A DNA stretch of 64,000 bases from Eledone cirrhosa (taxonomy: Eukaryota), in the NCBI GenBank assembly GCA_964016885.1, contig OZ024744.1, positions 53,444,001 to 53,508,000 of the forward strand, in the 5' to 3' direction. The translations under genes and the position numbers were made by a program. Numbering within the stretch: position 1 is the stretch's first letter; the number at the start of each line of letters is the position of its first letter. Shown here piece after piece: positions 44,801 to 62,200 of this stretch. The notes under the pieces are model-generated. The model worked only from the letters and a program-made list of their open reading frames with translations. It was not told where the DNA came from and ran no database searches.

Positions 44801-47800
44801 TCTCAGCAACATCACCATTATTACTATGACCAACAGCACTTTCACCAACATCACTATGACCAGCAATACCCTCACAAACATCACTAATATCACTATGACA
44901 ACCAGCACTTTCACCAACATCACCAATATCACTATGACAACCAGCACTCTCACCAACATCACCCATATCCCTATGACCACCAGCACTCTCACCAGCATCA
45001 CTATGACCACCAGCTCTCTCACCAACATCACCAATATCACTATGACCACATGCACTATCACCAACATCTCTATGACCAGCAGCACTCTCAGCAATATAAC
45101 TATGATGAACAGCACTCTAACCAAAATCCCTATGACCACCAGCACTCTTACCAGCATCACCAATATCACTATGACGTCCAGCACTCTCACCAGCATCACT
45201 TTGACCAGCAACACTCTCACCAACATGACCAATATCACTATGACAACCAGCATTCTGACCAACATCACTATGACCACCAGCACTCTCACCAATATCACTA
45301 TGACCACCCGCACTGTCACCAACATCACCAATATCACTATGACCATCAGCACTCTTACCATCAACACCAAGGTCACTATGACCACGAGCACGTTCACTAT
45401 CATTACTATGACCACCAGCACTCTCAACACCATCACTATGACCACCAGCACACTTACCAACATCACTATGACCACCAGCACACTCAGCAACACCACCATT
45501 ATTACTATGACCACCAGCACTCTCAGCAACATCACCAATATCACTATGACCACAAGCACACTGACCAACATCAATATGACCATCAGTTCTCTCACCATCA
45601 TCACTATCACCACCACCACCTTCACCAAAATCACCAATATCATTATGCCCACCAGCACTCTCACCAATATCACTATGACCACCACCACTCTAAACAACAT
45701 TACAATGACCACCAGTACTCACCTACATCAGTATGACCACCAGCAGTCTCACCTACATCAGTATGACCACCAGCACTCTCACCAAAATCACCAACATCAC
45801 TATGACCACCAGCAGTCTCGTCAACTTCACTATGACCAGCAGCACTTTTACCAACAACACTATGACCACCAGCACTATCAGCAATATCACTATGACAACC
45901 AGCACTCTCACCAACATTACTATAACCACCAGCTATCTCACAAACATCACTGTGACCACCAGCTCTCTCACCAACATCAGCAATATCACTATGACCACCA
46001 GCACTCTCACCAGCATCACTATGTCCAGCAGCACTCTCAGCAATATCACTATGACCACCAGCACTCTAACCAATATCACTATGACAACCAGCATGTTCAC
46101 CAACATCAATATTAACCAGCACTCTCAGCAACATCACCAATATCACTATGGCGACCAGCACTATCACCAACATCACTATGACCAGCAGCACTCTCAGCAA
46201 TATCACTATGACCACCAGCACACTAACCAACATCCCTATGACCACCAGCATGCTCACCAACATCAATATGACCACCAGCACTCTCACCAACAGCACCAAT
46301 ATCACTATGACCACCAGCACTCTCACCACCATCACTATGACCACCAGCACTCTCACAAGCATCACCAATATCACTATGAACCCAACACTTTCTCCAACAT
46401 AACTAAGACCACCAGCACTCTCACCAGCATCACTATGACCAGCAGAACTCTCAACAACAACACCAATATCACTATAACCAGCAGCACTATCACCAATATC
46501 ACTATGACCACCAGCACTCTAACCAACTTCGCTATGACCACCAGTACTCTCACTAACATCAAATATATCACTATGACCACCAACACACTCACCAACATTA
46601 CAATGACCACCATCATTCTCACAAACGTCACTATGACAACCAGCACTCTCACCAACATCACCAATATTACTATGACAACCAGCACTCTCAACAACATCAC
46701 CAATATCAGTATGACCACCAGCACTCTCACCAACATCACCAATATCACTATGACAACCAGCACTCTCACCAACATAACCATTATCACTATGACCACCAAC
46801 ACTCACCAACATTACCAATATCACTATGACCACCAGCACCCTCACTATCATTACTATGACCCCCAGCACTCTCACCAACATCACTATGACCACCAGCACC
46901 CCCACCAATATCCCTATGACAACTAACACTCTCGCCAACATCGCTATGACGACCAGCACTATCAGCAACATTACCATTATTACTATGACCACCAGCACTC
47001 TCACCATCATCACTGTGCCCACCAACACTCTCACCAGCACTTTCACCATCATCACTATGACCACCAGCACACTGACCAACATCACCAATATCATTATGCC
47101 CACCAGGATACTCACCAATATCACTATGACAACTTCCACTCTAAACAACATCACTGTGACCACCACCACTCTCACCTACATCACTATGACCACCAGCACT
47201 CTCACCAAAATCACCAACATCACTATAACCACCAGCAGTCTCGACAACTTGCACTGTGACCACTAGCACTTTTACCAACAACACTGTGACCAGCAGCACT
47301 ATCACCAACATATCTATGACCAGCAGCACTCTCAGCAATAGCACTATGACCACCAGCACTCTAACCAACATCGCTATGACCACCAGCACTCTCACACAGA
47401 TTACAATGACCAGCAGCACTCTCAACAGCATCACTATGACCACCAACACTCTCACCAACATCACTATGACCACCAGCACTCTCAGCAACATCACCATTAT
47501 TACTATGACCACCAGCACTCTCACTAAAATCACTATGCCCACCAACACTCTCACCATCATCACCAATATCACTATAACCACCAGCACACTGACCAACATC
47601 AATATGACCACCAGTTCTCTCACCAACATTACTATGCCCACCAGCACTCTCACCATCATCACTATGACTACCAGCATCTTCACCAACATCACCAATAACA
47701 TTATGCCCACCAGCACTCTCACCAATATCACTATGACCACAACCACTCTCAACAACAACACTATTACCACCAGCACTCTCACCAACATTACTATAACCAC

Positions 47801-48245
47801 CATCTCTCTCACCAACATCACTACGACTACCAGCATGCTCACCAACATCACTATGACCATCAGCACTCTCAACAACATCACCAATATCACTATGACCACC
47901 AGCACTCTCACCAATATCACTATGACCACCACCACTCTCAACAACATCACTATGACTACCAGCACTCTTACTAAAATTACCAATATCACTATGACCACCA
48001 GCACGCTCACCAACATCACCAATATCACTATGACCAGCAGCACTCTTCCCAGCATCACTATGACCAGAAGCACTCTCAGCAACAACACCAATATCACTAT
48101 GACCACCAGCACTTTCACCAACACCACTATGACCACCAGTACTCTCCCCAATATCACTATGACTACGAGCACTCTCCCCAACAATACTATAACCATCAGC
48201 TCTCTCATTAACACCACTATGACCACCAGCACTCTCACCAACAAT

Positions 48246-48370
48246 ACTATAACCACCAGCTCTCTCACCAACATCACTATCACCACTAGCATGCTCACCC
48301 ACATCACTATAACAACCAGCTCTCTCACCAACATCACTATCACCACTAGCATGCTCACCCACATAACTAT
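48246..48370 (+). repeat. 60-bp dimer tandem doublet
   Basis: AGCTCTCTCACCAACATCACTATCACCACTAGCATGCTCACCCACAT is repeated at 60-bp spacing (lines 48241 and 48301). Confidence 0.85.
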
Positions 48371-51300
48371 GACCACCAGCACTCACACCAAAATCACTAT
48401 GACCACCAGCACCCCCACGAATATCCATATGACCACCAGCACTTTCACCAGCATCACTATGACAATCAGCACTCTCACCAACATCACTATGCCCACCGAC
48501 ACTCTCACCAAAATCAGCAATATCACTATGACCACCAGCACCCTCACCAACATTACCAATATCACTATGACCACCAGCACACTCAGCAGCATCACTATGA
48601 CCAGCAGCACTATCAGCAACAACACCAATATCACTATGACCACCAGCACTCTCACCAACATCACTTTGACCACCACATTCTCACCAATATCACTATGACC
48701 CCATCATTCTCATCAACATTACAATGACCAGCAGCACTCTCAGGAACATCACTATGACCACTAGCTCTCTCACCAACATCGCTATGAACACCAGCACTCT
48801 CAGCAAAGTCACCAACACGACTATGACCACCAGCACTCTCAGTAATATCCCTATGACCACCAGCACTCCCAGCAACATCACTATGACCACCAGCACCCCC
48901 ACCAATATCCATATTACCACCAGAACTTTCACCAGCACCACTATGATCACCAGCACTGTCACCAACATAACCATTATCACTATGACCACCAGCACTCTCA
49001 ACAACATCACTATGACCACCATCACTCTACCAACATCATTTTGACCACCAGGACCCTCACCAATATCCCTATGACCACCAGCACTCTCACCAACATCACT
49101 CTGACCACTATCACACTCAGCAACATCACCATTATTACTATGACCGCCAGCACTCTCACCAACATCACTATGCCCACCAACACTCTCACCAACATCACCT
49201 ATATCACTATGACCACCAGAACACTGACCAACATCAATATGACCACGAGTTCTCTCGTCAACATTACTATGACCACCAACACTCTCAACATCATCACTAT
49301 GAGGACCAGCACCTTCACCAACATCACCAATATCATTATGCCCACCAGCACTCTCACCAATATCACTCTAACCACCACATCTCTCAACAAAATCACTATG
49401 ACCACCAGCACACTCACAAACATTACTATAACCACCAGCTCAGTGACCTACATCAATATGACCACCAGTTCTCTCCCCAACATTACTATGACCACCAGCA
49501 CTCACACCATCATCACTATATCCACCAGAACCCCCACGAATATCCCAATGACCACTAAAACACTCAACAACATCACTACGACCACCAGCACTCACCTACA
49601 TCACTATGACCACCAGCACTCTCACCAAAATCACCAACATCACTATGACCACCAGCAGTCTCGAAAACTTCACTATGACCACCAACACTTTCACCAATAC
49701 CACTAAGACCACCAGCACTCTCACCAACATCACTATGACCAGCAGCACTCTCAGCAACATCACCAATATCACTATGACCACCAGCACTCTCACCAATATC
49801 ACTATGACCACCAGCACTCTCACCAACAATACTATAACTACCAGCTCTCTTACCAACATCACTATGGCCACCTGCATGCTCATCCACTTCACTATGGCGA
49901 CCAGCACTCTCACCAACATCACCAATATCATTATGACCCCCAGCACCCTCACCAACATTGCTATGACCACCAGCAACATCACCAACATTACCAAATCATT
50001 ATGACCACCAGCACTGTCACAGAGATTAGCAAAATCACTATGACCACCAGCACTCTCACCAACATCACCAATATCACTATGACCACCAGCACTCTCACCA
50101 GCATCACTATGACCAGCAGCACTCAGCAACAACACCAATAACACTATAACCACCAGCACTTTCACCAACACCACTATGACCACCAGCACACTCGACAATA
50201 ACACTATGACCACCAGCACTCTCACCAACATTACTATACCTACCAGCTCTCTCACCAACATTACTATACCTACCAGCTCTCTCACCAACATCACTATGAC
50301 CACCAGCAATTTCACCAACATGACCAATATCACTATGACCACCAGCACTCTCACCAGCATCACTATGAGCACAAGCACTCTCACCAATATCACTATGACC
50401 ACTAACACTCTCACCAACAATACTATAACCACCAACTCTCTCACCAACATCATTATGACCACCAGCTTGCTTACCCACATCACTATGACCACCAGCAGTC
50501 TCACCAACATCACCAATATCATTATGACGCGCAGTACTCTCACCAACATCACTATGACCACCAACACCCTCACCAACATTACAAATATCACTATGACCAC
50601 CAGCTCTCTCAACATAATTACTATGACCACCAGCACTGTCACCAACATCACCATTATCACTATGACCACCAGCACTCTCACCAACATTACTATGACCACC
50701 AACATTCTCACCAACATCACTATAACCACCAGCACTCTCACCAACATCACCATTATCACTATGACAACCAACACTCTCACCAACATAACCAATTTCACTA
50801 TGACAACCAGCATTCACACCATCATCACCGATATCACTATGACGACCAGAACACTCAGCAGTAACCCTATGACCAACAGCACTCTCACCAACATCACTAT
50901 GACCACCAGCACCTCCACCAATATCCATATGACCACCAGCACTTTCACCAACATCACTATGACCACCAGCACTGTCACCAACATAACCATCATCACTATG
51001 ACCACCAGCACTCTTACCATCATCACCAAGATCACTCTGACCACCCGCACTCTCACTATCATTACTATGACCACCAGCACTCTCAACAACATCACTATAA
51101 CCACAAGCACTCTCACCAACATCACTATGACCACCAGCACCCCCACTAATTTACTTATAACCACCAGCACTCTCAACAACATCACTATGACACCAACGCT
51201 CACACCAACATCAGCAATATCATTATGACCACCTGCACTCTCAGCAACATCACCATTATTACTATGACCACCAGCACACTCACCAACATCACTATGCCCA

Positions 51301-52249
51301 CCAACACTCTCACCAACATCAGCAATATCATTATGCCCGCCAGCACACTCACCAATATCACTATGACCACCACCACTCTCAACAACAACACTATGACGAT
51401 CAGCACTCTCATCAACATCACTATGACCACCAACAGTCTCGACAACTTCACTATGACCACCAGCACTTTTACCAACACCACTATGACCACCAGCACTATC
51501 ACCAATATCACTATGACCACCAGCACTCTCACCAACATAACTATAACCACTAGCTCTCTCACAACAACACTATGACCACCAGCATGCTCACCAACATCAC
51601 TATGAACCCCAGTCCTCTCACCAATATAACTATGACCACCAGCACCCTCACCAACATCACCAATATGACTATGACCACCAGAACTCTCACCAGCATCACT
51701 ATGACCAGCAAAACTCTCAACAACAACACCAATAACAATATGACCACCAGCACTATCATTAACATCACTATGACCACCAGCACTCTCACCGATATCACTA
51801 TGACCACCAGCACTCTAACCAACATCGCTACGACCAACAGTACTCTCACCAAAATCACACATTTCACTATGACCACCAGCACTCTGTCCAACATTACAAT
51901 GATAAGCAGCACAGGAACTTCACTATGACCACCAGCACACTCACCAACATTACTATGACCACTAACATTCTCACCAATATCACTATGACCACCAGCACTC
52001 TCAGCAACATCACCATCATTACTATGACCACCAGTACTCTTACCAACATCACTATGACCAGCAGAACTCTCGACAAGAACACCAATATCACTATGACCAC
52101 CAGCACTCTCACCAAAATCATATATATGACTATGACGACCAGCACTCTCACTAACATTACAATGACCAGCAGCACTCTCAGGAACATCACTATGACCACG
52201 AGCTCTCTCACCAACATTACTATGACCACCAACATTCTCACCAACATCA

Positions 52250-54960
52250 CTATGACCACCAGCACTCTGACCAACATTACAACGACTACCAGCACTCACA
52301 GGAACATCACTATGAACACCAGCACTCGCAGCAAAATTAGTATGACCACCAGCACTCTAAGCAACATCACCATTATTACTATGGCCACGAGCACTCTCAC
52401 CAACATCACTATGACCAGCAACACTCTTACCAATATCACCAATATCACTATGACCAGCAGCACTCTCAACAGCAGCACTCACATTATAATTATTATGAAC
52501 ACCAGCACTCTCAGCATCAGCACTATGACCACCAGCACTCTCTCCAACATCACTATGACCATCAGCACCCCCACCAACATCCCCATGACCACCAGCACTC
52601 TTGACAACATCACTATGACCACCAGCATTCACACCAACATCACCAATATCAATATAACCCCCAGCACTCTCACCAACATCACTATGACCACCAGCACGCT
52701 CACCACCATCACCAATATCACTATGATCACCAGCACTCTCACCAACATCACCAATATCACTATGACCACCAACACTCTTAACATCATCACCAATATCACT
52801 ATGACTAGCAGCACTCTCATTATCATTACTATGACCACCAGCACTCTCAACAACATCACTATGACCAACAGCACCCCCACCAATATCTCTATGACCACCA
52901 TCCCTCTCAACAACATCACTATGACCACCAGCACTCTCACCATCAACATTATGACCACCAACATCAGCAATATCACTATGACAAACCAGCACACTGACCA
53001 ACATCAATATGACACCCAGTTCTCTCACCAACATTACTATGACCACCAGCACTTTCACCAGCATCACTATGACCAGCAGAATTCTCAACAACAACACCAA
53101 CATCAATATGACCACCAGCACTATCACCAACATCACTATGACCACCAGCACTCTCACCAGTATCACTATGACGACCAGCACTATAACCAATATCGCTATG
53201 ACCACCAGTACTCTCACCCAAATCACATATATCACTATGACCACCAGCACTCTTACCAACATTACGACGACCAGCAGCACTCTCAGGAACATCACTATGA
53301 ACACCAGCACTCTCACCAACATTACTATGACCACCAGCACTCTCAGCAACATCACCATTATTACTATGACCACCAGCACTCTCACCAACATCACTATGAC
53401 CAGCAACACTCTCACCAACATCACCAATATCACTATGACAACCAGCACTCTCCCCAACAACGCTCTTACCAATATCACCAATATCACTATGACCACCAGC
53501 ACTCTCACCAAGATTACTATAACCACCAGCTCTCTCACCAACATCACTATGACCACCAGTACTCACACCAACATCACCAATATCAATATAACCGCCAGCC
53601 CTCTCACCAACATCAATATGACCGCCAGCACGCTCACCAACATCACAATATCACTATGACCACCAGCACTCTCACCAACACCACTATGACCACCAGCACT
53701 CTCACCAACATCACTATGATCACAGGCACTCTCACCAACATTACTATAACCACCAGCTCTCTCACCAACATCACTATGACCACCAGCATGCTCACCCATA
53801 TCACTATGACCACCAGCACTCTCACCAACATCACTATGACCACCAGCACTATCACCAACATCCCCAACATCTCTATGACCACCAGCATTCTCGAAAAGTT
53901 CACTATGACCACCAGCACTCTCACAAACATTACTATAACCATCAGCTCTCTCACCAACATCCCTATGACCACCAGCACTCTCAGAAATATTCCTATGACC
54001 ACCAGCACTCTCACCAACATCACTATGACCACCAGCACTCTCAGCAACATCACCATTATTACTATGACCAACAGTACTCTCATCAACATCACTATGACCA
54101 CCAACACTCTCACCAACATCACTATGACCAGCAGAACTTTCAACAACAACACCAATATCACTATGACCACCAGCACTATCACCAACATCACTATGACCAC
54201 CAGCACTCTCACCAGTATCACTATGACCACCAGAACTATAACCAATATCGCTAAGACCACCAGTACTCTCACCCAAATCACATATATCACTATGACCACC
54301 AGCACTCTGACCAACATTACAACGACCAGCAGCACTCACAGAAACATCACTATGAACACCAGCACTCTCACCAACATTAGTATGACCACCAGCACTCTAA
54401 GCAACATCACCATTATTACTATGGCCAACAGCACTCTCACCAACATCACTATGACCAACAACACTCTTACCAATATCACCAATATCACTATGACCACCAG
54501 CACTCTCAACAGTAGCACCCACACTATCATTATTATGAACACCAGCACTCTCAGCATCAGCATTATGACCACCAGCACTCTCTCCAACATCACTATGACC
54601 ATCAGTACCCCCACCAATATCCCTATGACCACCAGCACTCTTGACAACATCACTATGACCACCAGCACTCACACCAACATCACTATGACCATCATCACCA
54701 ATATCACTATGACGAGCAGCACTCCCATTATCATTACTATGACCACCAGCACTCTCAACAACATCACTATGACCATAAGCACCCCCACCAATATCCCTAT
54801 GACCACCAGCCCTCACAACAACATCACTATGACCACCAGCACTCTCACCAACATCATTATGACCACCAGCACACTCAGCAACATCACCATTATTACTATG
54901 ACCAGCAGCACTCTCACTAACATCACTATGCCCACCAACGCTGTCACCAACATCAGCAAT
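52250..54960 (+). repeat. Diverged block duplication, offset 2040 bp
   Basis: AACATTACAACGAC at 52273/54313, CTCTAAGCAAC at 52355/54395 and TTGACAACAT at 52601/54641. Confidence 0.85.
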
Positions 54961-56299
54961 ATCACTATGACCACCAGCACACTGACCAACATCAATATGA
55001 CCACCAGTTCTCTCACCAACATTACTATGACCACCAGCACTCACACCAATATCAATATGACCACCAGCACGCTAACCAACATCTCTATGACCACCAGCAC
55101 TCTCACCAATATCACATATATGACTATGACGACCAGCACTCTCAGCAACATTACAATGACCAGCAGCACTCTCAGGAACATCACTATGACCACGAGCTCT
55201 CTCACCAACATTACTATGACCACCAACATTCTCACCAACATCACTATGACCACCAGCACTCTCAGCAACATGACCATTATTACTATGACCACCAGCACTC
55301 TCAACATCATCAGTATGACCAACAACACGCTCACCACCATCACCAATATCACTATGATCACCAGCACTCGCGGCAACATCATCAATCTCACTATGACCAC
55401 CAGCACTCTCACGAACATCAATATGACCACCAGCACCCTCACCAATATCCCTATGACCACCAGCACTTTCACCAGCATCACTATGACTACCAGCACTGTC
55501 ACCAACATAACCATTATCACTATGACCACCAACACTCTCAACATTATCACCAATATCACTATGACGACCAGCACTCTCATTATCATTACTATGACCACCC
55601 GCACTCTCAACAACATCACTATGACCACCAGCACTATCACCAACAATACTATGACCAGCAGCACTCTCAGCAATTTCACTATGACCACCAGCACTATAAC
55701 CAACATCGCTATGACCACCAGCACTCTCACGAACATTACAATGACCAGCAGCACTCTCAGGAACATCACTATGACCACCAGCAATCTCACCAACATCACA
55801 ATGACCACCAGCACGCTCACAAGCAACACTCTCACTATAATCACTATGACTACCAGTACTCTCACCAACATCACTATGACCACCAGCAGTCTCGAAAATT
55901 ACATTATGACCACCAACAGTTTAACCAATATCCCTATAAACCACCAGCACTCTCAACAACATCACAATGACCACCAGCACTCTCACCAACATCACTATGA
56001 CCACCAGCACACTCAGCAACATCACCATTATTACTATAACCACGAGCACTCTCACTAACATCACTATGCCCACCAACACTATCACCAACATCATCAATAT
56101 CACTATGACCACCAGCACACTGACCAACATCAATATGACCACCAGTTCTCTCACGAACATTACTATGACCACAAGTACTCTCACCATCATCACTATGACC
56201 ACCAGCACCTTCACCAACATCACCAATTTCATTATGCCCACAACCACTATCACCAACATCACTATGACCACCACGACTCACAACATCACTATGACCACG

Positions 56300-59200
56300 A
56301 GCACTCTCACCTACATCACTATGACACTCAGCACTTTCACCAAAATCACCAACATCACTATGACCACCAGCAGTCTCCACAACTTCACTATGACCACCAG
56401 CACTTTTACCAACACCACTATGACCACCAGCACTATCACCAATATCACTATGACCACCAGCACTCTCACCAACATCACTATGACCACCAGCATGCTCACC
56501 AACATCACTATGACCACCAGCACTCTCACCAACATCACCAATAGCACTATGACACCCAGCAGTCTCGACAACTTCACTAGGACCACCAGCTCTTTCACCA
56601 ACACCACTATGACCACCAGCACTCTCACCAATATCACTATAACCACCAGCTCTCTTACCAACATCACTATGACCAGCAGCACTCTCACCAACATTACTAT
56701 GAGCACCAGTACCTTCACCAACATCACGAACATCACTATGACAACCAGTACTCTCACCAACATGATTATGACTACCAGCACTCTCACTATCATTACCATG
56801 ATCACCAGCACTCTCAACATCATTACTATGACCACCAGCAGTCTCGAAAACTTCACTATGACCATCAACACTTTTACCAAAACCACTATGACCACCAGCA
56901 CTCTCACCAATATCACTATGACGCCTAGCATTCTCACCAACATTACTATGACCAGCAGCACTCACAACAACATCACTATGACCACCAGCACTCTCACCAT
57001 CATCACTATGACCACCAGCACCTTCACCAACATCACCAGTATCATTATGCCCACCAGCACTCTCACCAATATCACTATGATCACAGCACTCTCAACTATA
57101 TCACTTTGACCACCAGCACTCTCACCAAAATCACCATCATCACTTTGGCCACCAGCAGTTTCGAGAACATCACTAGGCCCACCAGAACTTTCACCAACAC
57201 CACTATGACCACGAATAAGCTCACCAACATCACTATGACCACCAGCACTCTCACCAACATTACTATGAACACCATCACACTCACCAAGATCATGAACATC
57301 ACTATGACCACCAGCTCTCTCAGGAACATCACTATGACCACCAGCACTCTCACCAACATGATTATGACTACCAGCATTCTCAGGAACATCAACGTTATTA
57401 CTATGACCACCAGCACTCTCACCAACATGATTATGACCACCAGCACTCTCACCAACATTACTATAACCTCCAGCTCTCTCAACAACATCACTATGACCAC
57501 CAGCATGCTCACCCACATCACTATGACCACCAGCACCCTCACCAATATCAATAGGACCACCAGCACACTTACCAGCATCACTATGACCAGCAGCACTCTT
57601 ATCAACAACACCAATATCACTATGACCACCAGCACTATCACCAACAACACTATGATTACCAGAACACTCAGCAATATCACTATGACCACCAGCACTCTAA
57701 CCAAAATCGCTATGACCACCAGCACTCTCAGCAAAATCACATATATCACTATGACCACCAGCACTCTCACCAACATTATTATGATCACCAGCATTCTCAC
57801 CAGCATCACTATGATCACTATGACCACCAGCACTGTCACCAACATCACCTGTATCACTATGACCACCAGCACACTAACCAACATTAATATGACCACCAGT
57901 TCTCCCACCAACATTTCTATGACAACCAGCACCCTCAACAACATCACTATGAAGACCAGCACCTTCACCAACATCACCAATATCACTATGCCAACCAGCA
58001 CTCTGACCAATATCACTATGACCACCAGCACTCTCAACAACGTCACTATTACCACAAGCACTCTCACCACCATCACTATGACCACCAGCACTCTCAGCAA
58101 TATCACTATGACCAGCAGCACTCTCACCAACATTACTATAACCACCAGCTCTCTCACCAATATCACTATGACTACCAGCACTCTCACCAGCATCACCAAT
58201 ATCACTATGATCACCAATACTCTCACCAACATTACTATAACCACCAGCTCTCGCACCAACATCACTATGACTACCAGCATGCTCACCAACATCACTATGA
58301 CAACCAGCACTCTCAACAGCATCACCAATAACCCTATGAGCCCCAGCACTCTCACCAACATCACTATGACCACCACCTCCCTCACCAACATCACCAATAT
58401 CACTATGACCACCAGCACTATCACAACATCACTGACCACCAGCACTCTAACCAACATCGCTATGACCACCAGCACTCTCACCAAAATCACATATATCTCT
58501 ATGACCACCAACATTACAATGACCAGCAGCACTCTCAGGAACATTGCTATGACCACCAGCACACTCACCAACATTACTGTGACCATCAACATTCTCACCA
58601 ACATCAATATGACCACCAACACTCTCAGCAACATCACTATGACCTGCAAAACTCTCACTAATATCACCAATATCCCTATGACCACCAGCACTCTCACCAA
58701 CATCACCAATATCACTATGACAACCAGCACTCTCACCAACATAACCAATATCAGTATGACTACCAGGATTCTCAGCAATATAACTATGACTACCAGCACT
58801 CTCACCAACATCACTATGACCTGCAAAACTCTCACTAATATCACCAATATCCCTATGACCACCAGCACTCTCACCAACATCACCAATATCACTATGACAA
58901 CCAGCACTCTCACCAACATAACCAATATCAGTATGACTACCAGGATTCTCAGCAATATCACTATGACTGCCAGCACTCTCACCAACATCACTATGACCAC
59001 CAGCACCCCCAGCAATATCCATGTGACCACCAGGACCTGCACCAGCATCACTATGACCACCAACACTGTCACCAACATAACCATTATCACTATGATCAAC
59101 AACACTCACCAACATCACCAATATGACTGTGACAACCAGCACTCTTACCAACATTACGAATGTCACTATGACCACCAGCACTCTCACCAATATCCCTATG

Positions 59201-62200
59201 ACCACCAGCACTCTCAAAAACATCACTATGACGACCAGCAATCTCACCAACATCACTATGACCACCAACTCTCTCACCAACATCACCAATATCACTATGA
59301 TCACCAACACACTGACCAACATCAATATGACCACCAGTTCTCTCACCAATATTACTATGACCACCAGCACTCTCATCAACATCACTATGACCACCAGCAC
59401 TCTCACCACCATCACAATGACCAACAGCACCTCCAGCAAAATCACCAATATCATTATGCCCACCAGCACTCTCACCAATATCACTATGACCACCAGCCCT
59501 CTCAACAACATCACTATGACCACAGCACTCTCAACCACATCACTATAACCACCAGCACTCTCACCAAAATCACCAACATCACTATGGCCACCAGCAGTCT
59601 CGATAACTTCACTAGGACCACCAGCACTTTCACCAAAACCACTATAACCACCAGCACTCACATCAATATCACTATGACGACCAGCTCTCTCACCAACATT
59701 ACTATAACCACCAGCTCTCTTACCAACATCACTAAGACCACCAGCATGCTCACCAACATCACTATGACCAGCAGCACTCTCACCACCATCACCAATATCA
59801 CTATGACCGCCAGCACTCTCACCAACATTACTATGAGCACCAGCACCCTCACCATCAACACGAACGTCACTATGACCACCAGCTCTTTAAGGAACATCAC
59901 TATGACCACCAGTTCTCTCACCAACATGATTATGACTACCAGCACTCTCACTATCATTACCATGATCACCAGCACTCTCAACATCATCACTATGAACACC
60001 AGCAGTCTCGAAAACTTCACTATGACCATCAACACTTTCACCAACACCACTATGACCACCAGCACTCTCACCAATATCACTATGACGCCCAGCATTCTCA
60101 CCAACATTAATATGACGAGCAGCAGTCATACCAACATCACTATGACCACCAGCACTCTCACCATCATCACTATGACGACCAGCACCTTCACCAACAACAC
60201 CAATATCATTATGCCCGCTAGCACTCTCACCAATATCACTATGACCACAGCACTCTCAACTATATCACTATGACCACCAGCACTTTCACCAACACCACTA
60301 TGACCACCAGCAAGCTCACCAACATCACTATGACCACCAGCACTCTCACCACCATCACCAATATCACTATGAGCCCCAGTACTTTCACCAACATTACTAT
60401 GAACACCAGCACTCTCACCAAAATCACCAACATTACTTTGAACACCAGCACCCTCACCAACATCACGAACATCACTATGACCACCAGCTCTCTCAGGAAC
60501 ATCACTATGACCACCAGCACTCTCACCAACATGATTATGACTACCAGCACTCTCAGCAACATCACCATTATTACTATGCCCACCAGCACTCTCACCAACA
60601 TCACTATGACCTGCAACATTCTCACCAATATCACCAATATCACTATGACCACCAGCACTCTAACCAACATCACCAACATCACTATGACAACCAGCACTCT
60701 CAGCAATATCCCTATGACCACCAGCACTTTCACCATCATCACTATGACCACCAGCACTGTCACCAACATCACCATTATCACTATGACCAACAACACTCTC
60801 AACATCATCACCAAGATCACTAAGACCAGCAGCACTCTCACTATCATTACCATGATCACCAGCACTCTAAACATCATCACTATGACCACTAGCATTCTCA
60901 CCAACATCACCAACATCACTATGACCACCAGAAGTCTCGAAAACTTCACTATGACCACCAACACTTTCACCAACGCCACTATGACCACCAGTACTCTCAC
61001 CAATATCACTATGACGCCCAGTATTCTCACAAACATTACTATGACCACCAGCACCCTCACCAATAACCCTATGACCACCAGCACTCTCACCAGCATCACT
61101 ATGACCACCAGCACTGTCATCAACATCACCATTATTAATATGACCACCAACACTCTCACTAACATCACCAACATCACTATGACCACCAGCACTCTCACGA
61201 TCATTACTATGACCACCAGATATCTCAGCAACATTTCTATGACCGCCAGCACTCTTATCAAGAACACCAATATCACTATGACCACCAGCAATATCACCAA
61301 CAACACTATGATCACCAAAACACTCAGCAATATCACTATGACCACCAGCACTCTAACCAAAATCGTTATAACCACCAGCACTCGCAGCAAAATCACATAT
61401 ATCACTATGACCACCAGCACTCTCACCAACATTACTATGACAATCAGCATTCTCAGGAACATCACTATGACCACCAGCACTCTCACCAACATTATTATGA
61501 TCACCAGCATTCTCACCAACATCACTATGACCACCAACACTCTCAGCAACATCACCTGTATCACTATGACCACCAGCACTCTCACCAACATCACCAGTAT
61601 CACTATGACCAACAGCACACTCTGCAATATCACTATGACCACCAGCACTCTCACCAACATCACTGTGACCACCATCACCCTCACTAATATCCCTATGACC
61701 ACCAGCACTCTCACCAGCATTACTATGACCACCAGCACTGTCACCAACATCACTAACATCTCTATGACCACCAACACTCTCACCAACATCACCAACGTCA
61801 CTATGACCACCAGCACTCTCACCAGCATCACCAATATCACTATGACTACCAACACTCTCACCACCATTACTCCGAACACCAGCACTCTCTCCAACAACAC
61901 TATGACCACCAGCACACTAACCAACATTAATATGACGGCCAGCACCTTCACCAACATCACCAATATCACTATGCCCACCAGCACTCTCACTAATATCACT
62001 ATGACCACCAGCACTCTCAATAAAAATAACTATGACCACAAGCACTCTCACCAACACCACTATGACCACCAGCACTCTCATCAACATCACCACCATCACT
62101 ATGACCACCAGCACTCTCAGCAATATCACTATGACCAGCAGGACTCTCACCAACATTACTATAACCACCAGCTCTCTCACCAACATCAATATGACTACCA

